From: Tubulanus polymorphus
Taxonomy: Eukaryota > Animalia > Nemertea
Reading direction: 5' to 3'
Assembly (NCBI RefSeq): GCF_964204645.1
Contig: NC_134026.1
Location: 31,096,150-31,160,149 of the forward strand
DNA length: 64,000 nucleotides
Made by a program: the position numbers and the translations under genes. Every line of letters starts with the position of its first letter. Position 1 is the first letter of the stretch. The notes under the pieces are model-generated. The model made no database searches, had not been told where the DNA came from, and was given only the letters and a program-made list of their open reading frames with translations. Positions 12,864-27,795 of the stretch are shown piece after piece.

Positions 12864-13843
12864 CTTACTGAGGAACTAGGATTCTGACCCGGCGGACACT
12901 GACCATCAGCCAGGAACAAGATAGTCCCGACCAGTCTGGACCAGTGTGTGGTCGGCGGATAAGAGAGGATCACTGTACAAGCTTGGAAGGTCTCCACTGA
13001 AGGCGCTGCGATGCACTAATCTCGGTAAGTGGACTTTATTAGAATAAAAATGACACTAGTAAAGGCAGACGTCGGTCCGCAATAAAATTAAATTGTTGTT
13101 GGGTAATAAACTAATTTAAAGTTGAATTAAACAATAAAATAATTTGAATTGGAATTGAATTTCAACATTCACCCAAACTTTTGGGTGACATTCTACCCGA
13201 CGGAATATATAGACTGGTTGCCTGTCCGATTCTAGAGACCGGTAACCAGTCTAGTTCTCGGGGAGCGGTACCGGACCCTGGAAAGCGAGGATCACTGGTT
13301 TAAAGACGATTTGTCCTTTACGAGTTTTCGAAGAAAATCACAATCGAGCAAAGATAACTAAATTTAGAGATTCTGTGGTGTAAATCGGACTCAAACCAAG
13401 ACGACTTGCAGTTTGATATAAATTGAGAACCTAACGACAGAAATACCGCTAGTAAACCGTATAGTGCTGCCACCAATCATCGTGAACGGGTTACCCGAGG
13501 ACACCGGAAATAATTTATCTGTCAAATTCAGCGCATGCGTACATCGCCGTAAGTTATTTTCGAAATTTACAAAACTTTCTATTTTCGGATTTCGAGTTTT
13601 TTACAATCATCAAACATTTTAAACGTACCATTGGTAAGATAGGTTTTTATATTGAAGGTTTTCAGACTGTTTAAACCGTCACTGAGTCGATACTCCTGCT
13701 GAACACTAACGACAGCGGGTTCACGACAGCTCCACCGCAAAAATAAAATAATATAGGTCACCATTTTCTTACACACACAGGAAACGACAAAATACCAGCA
13801 GCAGTTAAAACCGAAAAGATAGGACGTGTTCAGTACAACTCAA

Positions 13844-17265
<3,422 letters not shown>

Positions 17266-19018
17266 CCGAGAAACTTCTTTTAGTTCATCAGAGCTCCTTT
17301 AGTTTAGACATTCTACTGAAATAATTTGCTTTTGAAAATAGTTTGAATATTGGTTTAAATGTATAAAGCTGTTTCATATACTGGTAATGTGTATGTGTCA
17401 TCTGATAACTGAAATTGTATGGTGCATTTAACAGGGTCAATATCAATTAGTGCCTTCTCGAAAATAGGTTTATTAATTATTCATTCATAATAATTATCAT
17501 CAATTGCAATATCGATTTTTATTAAAACATTTTGTAATTTTGTACATAAATGTAATCATTTTATTATCGAACATCAGTTTTATTAGTTTTTGTATTTATA
17601 AAAATAGAATGATAAAAATCTGTGATGAATTATACTAATTGACTAAAGAAAGATAAATCATGTTTCTTACAGATCAGGGATAATCAGATCACGCTGAGAA
17701 TATCTTTTATGATTATTATGATTTAATCTTTTTTTGTCTGCGAAGGTTAATGAAAATATGTGCGAATTTTAGATTTCCTGATCTGTAAGAATTCTGATAA
17801 ATTCCTGGTCGAGATTTCGAGGCATTTATTCACATCATACAAAATTGTCTCAGTATTTTGAATGAAAAATATAATTTGAAAGTAAGATTCTTGTTTTAAA
17901 GAAAGGTGGCTTGCTATATAAATGATTGATGTTGCTATATGTGTTGTTGTTTTTAAAATGTTCTTCCTGGTTACAAAAAATGATGCCAATTATAAAGTGA
18001 TATATGAATTGTAACATGTGTATTTTAATATCTAATTTATGAATATTTTTATAGAAGAAACAATGATTTTTATGTATTGAAATAAATCTTGTATTATATT
18101 TGAAGAAATTGTTAATAGTTCGGATTTTGTTTCTCAAATCGTTTCATCGGAACAACTAACAGTGAAAACAGATGCGGACGCTTTGAGATCTGACACATCA
18201 CACATAAGTGTGTTGAATGCGAACTCTGCTGTCCGACCAGTCACATCCTTCAATTTAGACTATCAGTTATGAAAAGGTTATGTTGAAATGTGTCTAATGT
18301 CGGGTGATTTTTATCAAAAATGTCACAGGCGAAGTCCTGAATACATGTGCAGTTCGGACGATGTGTTTTTGAAAGCGTGCCAATGTCCCAATGTCTGATC
18401 TGTAGTTCATTTTCCAATAAAAATGTCTCGGGTGAAGTTCTGAACACATGTGAAGTGTGGACGATCAATTTTTACATCACAAGACCCAAACATGAGGAAG
18501 CTAGCAGTATTTATTAAAAAAAGCACACAATTGTGTGTATAATGATATGTACGAACTTTATAGAAGAAAAAACTGTTACTGCACATTGTATTTGTACAAC
18601 TGTAAACTGTTTAATTTTTGTATCCTGTGCTCGAAAAAAATGTATAATTTCTGGAGCAATAAATTTAAATCTGAATCTGAATTTTTTGAAATTGCGCTGA
18701 TGTGTAATGTCTGATGTCTGTTGTTCATTTTCCATTCAAAGATGACTCAGATCTGAATCCCTGAACCCGAGAGACACATGATAAACAGCGGCCATTCAAT
18801 TTACACTCATAATGCGAGACAAGTTTCTTACCGATAAAACAGTTTATCACATACTCAAACACAAAATTCATAAATAGAGAAATGAGATTATATTTTTCAG
18901 ATTTCGAATTCAAATTAGAAATAGATAGAATTAATTAAAACAAATTGAATTGATAAGTGAAAATGTTTAAGTTTCGATCCATTAAACGATAGATTTATAA
19001 TGTCTCGTTGAATTACGT

Positions 19019-19380
19019 TTAGGAGCCTCTGAGACTCTTTCTCAACCTCGACAGTAAATTATCGGCTGACAATTGTTTTTCTTCCTCGGCCGCAGCCATT
19101 GCCCACAGTGACACAAATATTCCACATAGTGGAACAACCAATTTTGTAGACAATTCTCCTAAAAATACATACACTCATTGACACTAGCTTCTACGCCTAC
19201 ACACGGCTGGAGCTAACAGAATATTTTATATGAGAGTCTTTCTTTTCCGCGGTTCCTTCAACAAGAAGGATATTCCAGGAATACTCGATAGAAAGATGGA
19301 ATATTCGATATTCCAGAAAATGTTAGAAATATATTTGTTTATGTCTTAAAAGCAAAAACTGTAGTTTACTTACTGATCAT
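19019..19380 (-). CDS. Candidate spliced 48-aa secreted microprotein, join(19374-19380,19019-19158); upstream UTR exon 19531-19610
   Basis: Canonical YnCAG/TAG acceptors and GTAAGT donors, gccATG start. The splice gives MIRELSTKLVVPLCGIFVSLWAMAAAEEEKQLSADNLLSRLRKSLRGS*. Confidence 0.55.
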
Positions 19381-20343
19381 GGCTATACTGATAAAGTGTA
19401 AACCCTGAAAAAAAGTGTGAAATATTTATTGAGTTTGGACCCATTTAGCCGTCTGCCCAAGAATTTTCGTTTGTGAAAATTATCACAAGAGACAAAACCA
19501 GAAAACTGGAATCATAATTCATTTACTTACCGGTACGAACGTGCGTGCCTGATGGAACTAACTGAATTCAGCTTTTAATCTCATCCTGTGAGAGTCTGTT
19601 TTTTATAACCCTGGAGAGAGATAAGGGTTCAGAGTATTCTAGTAATTCAATATGACGATGTCAATTCATCGTTTGTTCAGTTTTAGTGAATGAGAGAAAT
19701 TTGAAGCCAGTTTCAATCGTTGAGTATAATGGTTTAGTACTTGGGCAAATTCAGCTGAATCGAGCACTATTTTTTGTGCTTTTTATCGGATGGATTTTAC
19801 ACTGAATTTATCATCCATATGTTAAATTTATTTCTTATAAAATCCAGTTTCTAAAAGTGTCCTGGTAAAATGTATAATACACTGGTGTTTTTAGTTCATT
19901 TTCAATAAAAATGTCTCAGGTGAAGCCCTGAACACATGTGAAATGTGGACGATTAGTTTTTGAAAGTGAGCTGATGAAATGTCTCTAATATTTGGTGTTT
20001 GTAGTTAATTTTCAATTAAAATGTTCCAGGTGAAGTTCTGAACACCGGTTCGAGTTCTTGCATGTAAAAACACGATCGATGAAGCCATGGACCGTAAAAC
20101 GTTTTAGAGTCCATCGTGGTGATACCCACCCACAGTGAGCTGGAAGTAAAGACCACTTGAATGACAAGCAATTTTCCAGTAACAACTGAAATAAACATTT
20201 ACCATAGTTACAGTACTTCACATCAATTATTTAAGTGAATTTTACAGCCACTCAGTAATCAAGCGTCTCACTTTATTAGTGTAAATATGCGTATGTTGTT
20301 AAACCAATGACTATCCAGATATGAAACGTATTTCAATGACAAA

Positions 20344-23300
20344 ATGGTGAATTTGTGGATTATAACTCTGATCGCAATTTCATTAACTGATTTTTGTCAG
20401 GCATGTTCGTGCAATGTTACTGCGACGATAGGTAATTCTTTTGTTGCGAAATCTTTCGTTTATCCACGAATTTGAAATTTACTCTCTTAAAAAGTGCGAA
20501 AAGCAAAAAGTGAAAATGATGATTTACTTGGAAGTAACTGATCGATTCGAATTTCAGGCGTTCTCGTAGATAAAAGTAATGATTTTGGGAAAATGAAAAC
20601 AGCAATTCGCAAAGCGTTAGAACCAACATCATGTGAAATGAAACTGGTACTGAAAGAGTTGAAATCATCAACTGATAATGAGGCTGGTATAACTAATGAA
20701 GGTCGGTTTAATATCTCCGACATCGATGATTTTGATGTCTTAAAACTTGTCTTAAAACGTTTCTTTTTAAAGAAGATTTTTGCCTGTTTATGTTAAGTCA
20801 CTGAGTTCTAATATTGATATTTCATTGCGGGGTGCGGGCAGTTTGTGATTTGGATAAAAATGGAATTTCTGTTTTGATAATGGTCACGAAAACCAAACCA
20901 GCTTCGTTATCACTATTCGAACAAATTCAACTTCCGGTTTTACAAATATCCTGGATTAACTACGTAAGTTCTTATAATGGGTATTGAAAAAAATTCTATA
21001 ATTCAAAAATGAATTTGATTATGATGGTCACATTATAAGTGCATTATTTGTTGCTCTCTATACAGGATGGAATCAGTGGTCGATTGAAACCAGGAAAATT
21101 TACCAGACAAACTGTGTTTATCCCTCAAATCCAGCTAATTGAAGTGGTTCAAGCTGCCATTGTCAAAGAGAAATGGAATCAATTGGTTTTATTCTTCGAT
21201 TATTCATCCGGTAAAAATTCCGTCGTCAGCCGCGATCGCCCATGGAGAGCGCCCAATTCGGGCCGGGTCAAATTTGGCCCGTGCCAAGATTAGGCCTTGG
21301 CCAATCGTTCAAGTACTGGTGTAAACTGGGTTTGAGTTTTTGTTTGACATGAGCCAAATTTGACCGGATTTTTGAACCAGAACCAGAACCAGGACCAGAC
21401 CCGTGCCAAACAAATAATCACCAATACGTAATTCCTTGTGGAACTAGCTGATTGGTTCTGGAAGTGACTAACCTCACTCATTAGCATGGATCAGACTCCG
21501 GGCCATTTTCATCCGGGTCAGGTTTTCTCCGTGTGATCGCGGCTTCAAATCAACAGTATAAGTCTTATCCGTTCTCAGACTTTATGCTTTTTTCAATTTT
21601 CGAAGCACTGATTTCTTTCCAAAAATATGGGAGGGTGAAGGGAAAAATAGAAATTAAAAAGATTCATAATAATACACGTTTTAAAATGGAAGGGATCAGG
21701 AAATAGATAGAAATAATTTTTTTTTATTATTTGAGTATTTTCCACAATTAACCTCGGAAGAACTGCAGAAGAAAATTTCATTGCATAAATAAATTGTGCT
21801 GCATTTCATTCAAATAATTGGAGAAATAACGAAAATACAAAGGGCTAAAAAATTCCATGTTGATGATTTTTGCAGAATTTGAGGAGCGATGATTAAAGTT
21901 ATTAAAAAAGATCTAGCAGTCGTTTATAGGCACAAAATATAGAAATTACATTTCGAAACTACTAAATATCACTAGAGTCGAATAAATTTCTACTTACAGA
22001 TAACATTATCGATATAGTCAACAGCATGAAACGATGGATTTATAAAAATATGATTAAAATAATGTCGTTTAATATGAACAAAACGACTTATAATAAAGAC
22101 ATCAAAAGACTTATCGAAACGGAAAATAGATTTCTTCTTATCTGCAGTCTTCAAAATATACAGCGTATATTCGGCTGGGTAAGTGACTTATCTGTACTCT
22201 CAGAGGATATAAACAGTCAAACTTACATCAGTCGATGTCATCAGATCAAGTCGTCACATTCAACTATCACAACTATTCTGAGTCTCAATTTGTATTGCTA
22301 ATTCAATTTACTAAATGTAAATCATCGTTTGGATAAGTCGTCACATCTACGACCAGCGAGTTTCACTGAATCTTCCAAACGTTTTTCCAACCCATGAAAT
22401 TCCATAGTTGCTATATATCTATTTATTGTAGGTTCACCAGCACGGTATATATAAATGGCATTTAACCGATAACTATTGGTTGATAGTTGGTGACAACTAT
22501 AATCACGCGATAATTGAAGACTTTCTTCACGACGGAGATAACGTGTTGGTTATTGATTATGCAGTAAACAAGAAATCGTTTATAAATCAGGTATTTATAC
22601 ATCAAGTATAACTGTTTTCTGTTTAGCTGAAACCGTGTGGGAATGCTGGATATTAGCGAGGGTTATTTCATATAGAATTAAAAATCTCTTGTCTTGGGGC
22701 TATAGTTTTCTTCTTCTTGCAGATGCATCTTTTAAAACATCTTGAAAAATGTTCCATCTTACGGTAGAAAGTGCTGACTTCATAAAAGTTTCTTAAGAAT
22801 CTGGATATAACTTTTTTTTTCATAAATCTTCTCTAGTTTTTTCTTCTTATAGATATTTCAATTGGATGATTTTCCTCAAATCGAATAAAAAGCTGAATTC
22901 AAAGCTAACCGGTTTTTTCTCGTTCCTATCGATGAGTCTTGAAAACTGCCCTCGAAAATACCTGGTCCTGGACATAGAAAACATTTCTGATCGGTTATGA
23001 ATGGAAAATAAATTCGACAAAAATCATGATCGAAATTAAAATGTCTTCGTCCTTTTGTTCAGGTTGTGTGGATTGTAGCATCGGTGCAAAGGGCTTTAAA
23101 CGAAACGATAAAATCAGGAGTGACCGAAATGAATAAGAGTTGTAGATATTCACAAATCGCGTGGCCAATTGGAAAAACTATTCTAGACAATATTGAGGTC
23201 AGTTTGCTGCAGGGGTGTTTTGTTTTAACTAATCTTACAGAACGTATGAATGACAAACGGCAAACTGCACAATACTGCAGTAAACCTCGGCTTACTTGGA

Positions 23301-26300
23301 GAAACTGTGACCACACGCAAAATTTGAAGTTAAAGATTGGAAAAAATTCATCTGGAATTCAGAAAATAATTTCTTTTTTTGTTCGAGTTGTTAAAAGTCT
23401 GAGTTGACAATGTCGGAGTTCAGTGAGGTATTACTGTACTGATTCGAGTTCAGCCGACCGTTTACTGGAGAATAATGCATTTTGGCGAATAGCTCTGCTT
23501 GCATGCAAGCAATTTCATTATAACGTCATTTTCTATATCGGAGATTAACTTTATATGAATAATTGGGTTTTTTTTTCCCACGACAGACACCTGGTAGAAA
23601 CGATAGTCAACAAGAAGGCAGTATAGACGTCATGACGGCATCAGTCAGACAACATCCAACTTTCAGCACAGTTCATAGAATTAGAAATATAAAGCAACTG
23701 GAACGTCTGGAAGTTCTTTATCCAATGAAAACATACGGATTTTGCAATAGAACTTTCCATGTTATGTCTATTGAGGTGAGTTTGTGACAACAAGGTTTAA
23801 AGTTGTTAAACTTATAGTTTCTTTCCCATCGATTATTGCCACATAAAATTTATTTCTTCTTTTAGATCTTCTAAATTCATAAATCGAATTAATCTATATT
23901 TATTTTACAGTATTTTCCCTACCACTTTTTCAATTTCAAAACCGGAAAATGGGAAGGAATAGTAATAGATTTACTGATCGAATTATCTAAACGTATGAAC
24001 TTCAGGTAACTTTCTCCACGCTTATCAAGCTCCACACAAAACATAGCAAATTAGCAGTTTTCAAGCGTCATTTTAACCCCTGTGAAGCTGGCTCCCGGTT
24101 CCCGGTTCCCGGTTCCTTATTCGGCTCCCGGTTCAAAAGCATTTTGAATCGGGAGCTGAACCAGTAGCCGGCTCCCGGTTCCCGATTCGGCTCCCGATTC
24201 AAAATGTTTTTGAATCGGAAGCCGAATAAGGAACCGGGAACCGGGAGCCAGCTTCACAGGGGTGTCATTTTAACACTTCTTCATTTTATTTGTTGTATAT
24301 AGTTATGTCATATCACCAGCACCTGATAACACATGGGGTGTGCCTAAGAATGGAACGTGGAATGGAATGATCGGAGCTCTTATCAAGAAGGTATGTAACT
24401 TTATTTAGAGGAAGTAATCCCTAGTTAGTTACCTTATCGTTGGTGGTAAGCTTTTTATAATCGGATGGGCTTATACCAAGAAGTGGTTTGTGAAAATATC
24501 CGATCGGGGAACTAAACCACAGTCAGGTTTAGAGAAATCCCACAATAATCACAATAATCCCACAAAGACTAATTAACCATCCGGATTGATGGCTGATATA
24601 GTCTTTAGCCGAAATGTTGCACTACTGTGTCATTAAGGGCTTCACATCTTTAGCTGAATTTATAGTGGGATTTCCCTCGTTTATTCATCTTACACGGGAA
24701 TTTATGTAATTCATCGACCGGGATTTATCAACCGAATATTCATCCACTGCTGTAGAAATGATGCTGGACTATATTTGCAGGAGACAGATATGTTAGCTGT
24801 TATATTGACTGTTACTGCTGAACGAAATGCAGTCCTCGATTATACAACACCGTTTCTCGATGATAAAACAATAATGGTCATAAAGAAATCGACATCTGAA
24901 AACATTTTCTTGTTCCTGTCGCCATTCTCGAATATGGTCTGGTATTGTTCCATTATTGCAGTACCAAGTAAGCTGGTAAACTTGTATTCTTTAAACCCCA
25001 AATTGGGACGGTTTCGACTTTATTTTACATCGTGAAGCCAATAGATCATTGTCAACATGTTCAGAATCTTCTAGTTATGGGTTATGTTTTTGTTTTCCAG
25101 CTATAGGTTTATTGCTGGCGCTATTCACGAGAATAACTCCGCACCGTGGTAAACAGAAGAACCACCCGCTGAAAGAACCAAAACATTCAATTTGGTACAC
25201 ATTGGGTTCGATTGTACAACAAGGTAGGGCCTTGGAAACACAGATTATACGTATCTCCCAATCTATGAAATCGAATGCTCAATGACTGATTCATTTTTCC
25301 CTTTTCAATGTCGTCAATTATTTTTGGCCGTATTTTGATATATCAGGGAAAGTTAATTGATTGTTTAATTGTTTCAGGTGGAGTACATCTTCCTGAAGCG
25401 CTTTCCGGACGGTTATTGGTAGCTCTTTGGTGGGGGTTTGTTATCGTCCTGTTGGCGTCGTACAGCGGCAGTTTAGTCGCGTATTTGTCATTACAAAATG
25501 ACAAACCTTTCATATCGAAAATAAATGAATTACCGGAAATGAGAGAGAAAGGTTACAAATACGGAGTATTGAAGGACGCCGCTCTGCAGAATATATTCCA
25601 GGTAAGCAACACCGCCGCCTGGATTTCAACCCTTACTCGTATTCGATCCAGTTCTACCGTTACAGATCGAATTCAGTTTTAATGTTTTAATCAATTCAAT
25701 GTTTTAACTTCTGGATCAAGCTTCACAGTCATATGGCTCAGATTTACAATTATATAAGCTCATTCTAAGCTAACATTTTAGTTATATAGCCAATCTTACA
25801 ACGTAAGACCAATTCAAGCTAAGTTTGGTCTAAAACAAATTAAAAAACTTAAAACCAGTCTAAGGCCTTCTTAGTTCTAAAGCCAATCTAACATTCTAAG
25901 ACCAGTCTATTTAAGATTAAAGACGATTTGATGGACTTTGTCATGGCTGTCCAGTTATATTGAACTCACCACGGTGTCCTGATTACTGTCGCCCTGAATC
26001 CAACAACATTCGTTTCTATGATGGATTTTTCGTGTTTAACAGACGGCTACAGATGGAATCTATGAAGAAGTCTGGACCGGAATGAAAGACGATGAAAACA
26101 ATTTCATGCCGACAAATTACGACGGAATGAAACGTGTTTTAAACGATAAATACATTTATCTTACATCGAAATATTTGCTGGAGTCACGAAATATGAGTTT
26201 ATTCCCTAAAGACGAACAGTGTTCATTAACGCAAGCGAAACAAGAGTTTCTAGGGACGTATTACGCATTGGGATTCCCTCAAGACAGTCCACACGTGACA

Positions 26301-27112
26301 CGATTCTCTATGGAGTAAGTATGCCTCCCCCTAGGCCCCCGTAACCAGCAGATAATGGCGCGGGACAACGGTGCTTTCTGTTGTTTACAAGTCACGTCTG
26401 CGTTTAGAAACTGAGGAGTGTCACAGATTCAAAAATAAAAAAACCCATGTCTAGTTCTTTGATGAATGTTAATACGTTGACCTTCGTGTACCGGTACTAA
26501 AAACTAAAACATTTTTCTGATACCCGAGAAAATCCCAGCTTCCTTGCTGCAGGGGATTAGAAATCTTGGACCTCTCTTACGAATGATTAACACAACCCAC
26601 GAGTTATGGTTAGAAAAATTGCTGGTAAGATTCAAGAATAGGGGACTAGTGGTTAGGATTAGGGTTAGGGTTAGGTTTAGTTCCCTAATCATCATTAATT
26701 ACTATATACATTACTATAATTACTATATACATTACTATCATTATATATCATCATTATCAATTACTAATATTATTACTTAATTGATTACTATCACTACATA
26801 TATATTGCTATAGTCCCCTATTCTTGAATCGCACCAAATTGCTTTTTTTTCATTTTCAGGATATTGCGAATTTTGGAAATTGGATTGGTCAATTATTGGA
26901 AATCCACGTACAAATCGGGCTATCAATGCGACTCAACGAATCATGTGAACCAACAAGACATCAGCCTTCAGAAAGCGCAGGGGGCTTTCTACATGCTGTT
27001 CATAGGACTGTTTACTGGATTACTGGCTCTCATTGTTGAGAAGATCGTTTCCGTTTGTCAGAAGGATAAAGTGAGGGCGGTACCAGAGACGAACCAACAC
27101 AGACATAAATAA
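20344..27112 (+). CDS. Divergent ionotropic glutamate receptor / IR-like ligand-gated channel
   Basis: Signal peptide MVNLWIITLIAISLTDFCQA; S1 (WEGIVIDLLIELSK, GTWNGMIGAL, VTAERNAVLDYTTPF); M1; pore WYTLGSIVQQG; M3 LASYSGSLVAYL; S2 (YGVLKD, YALGFPQDSP, ILEIGLVNYW); M4 GAFYMLFIG. N-terminal-domain exon boundaries are only partly resolved. Confidence 0.9.
21228..21546. mobile_element. MITE; a related terminus starts at ~63860
   Basis: AGCCGCGATC...GGAGA / TCTCCGTGTGATCGCGGCT inverted ends. AAGCCGCGATCACACGG occurs again at ~63862. Confidence 0.6.
24076..24263. mobile_element. Foldback MITE with 9-bp TSD (Mutator-like)
   Basis: ACCCCTGTGAAGCTGGCTCCCGGTTCCCGG... is mirrored at the 3' end. GTCATTTTA is duplicated at 24067-24075 and 24264-24272. 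Confidence 0.85.
26624..26835. mobile_element. MITE with 8-bp TSD, GG..CC termini and internal TTAGGG repeats (Merlin-like)
   Basis: Perfect 20-bp inverted pair GATTCAAGAATAGGGGACTA / TAGTCCCCTATTCTTGAATC; AAATTGCT flanks both sides. Confidence 0.8.
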
Positions 27113-27795
27113 ATAAATTATAGAAATATGATGTTTATTCTACTTCTACTAGGTTATATACAACTCCTTAAAATTACACTTTTTACTATTTACATAATTA
27201 TTTACATCATCGTAACTAGTTACAGTTTCTCTTTTACAGATAAAAACACAACTTTTTAAAATTAAAAACAATCTCTGTTGAGACACGTGAATAAAATGAA
27301 CACAGTTTAAAATGAGTAGAAATGAAGAATTCTAAATGATTCGCGTTTGGAATTCCAGTTTGGAGTTCATTTACACAGTAGACTCTGCAACCTGAGTCGG
27401 ATCTTTCGGGACCATAAAAATATATCCGATTTTAGTGATATCCGAGTTGGATGCTATGTATTTCATATATAGTGCCATAAAAAATATTTCATCCATCATC
27501 AGAGTTGAATGAATCCACTCCGGCGGAGTCTACTGTAATGTTTGCTTAAGGCAACAAATATCCTCCTATTTGGATATTTAGAACCTCCTATTTATAACAA
27601 TTACGCTGAACCTAACTGGGACAAACTGAGACCAGTGGCTAAACGGGTCCGAGTTCAGATTCAGATTTTGTCCGAGTCAGTCATAAGTCTGAAGATACCA
27701 TAATCTATAAATGCTTGGTTATCGTGGTCTATCACTGACGGGTGGAATCTTACAGCTGTTGATTTATTGCACTTGAAACGCTATCGTGTGACTGT

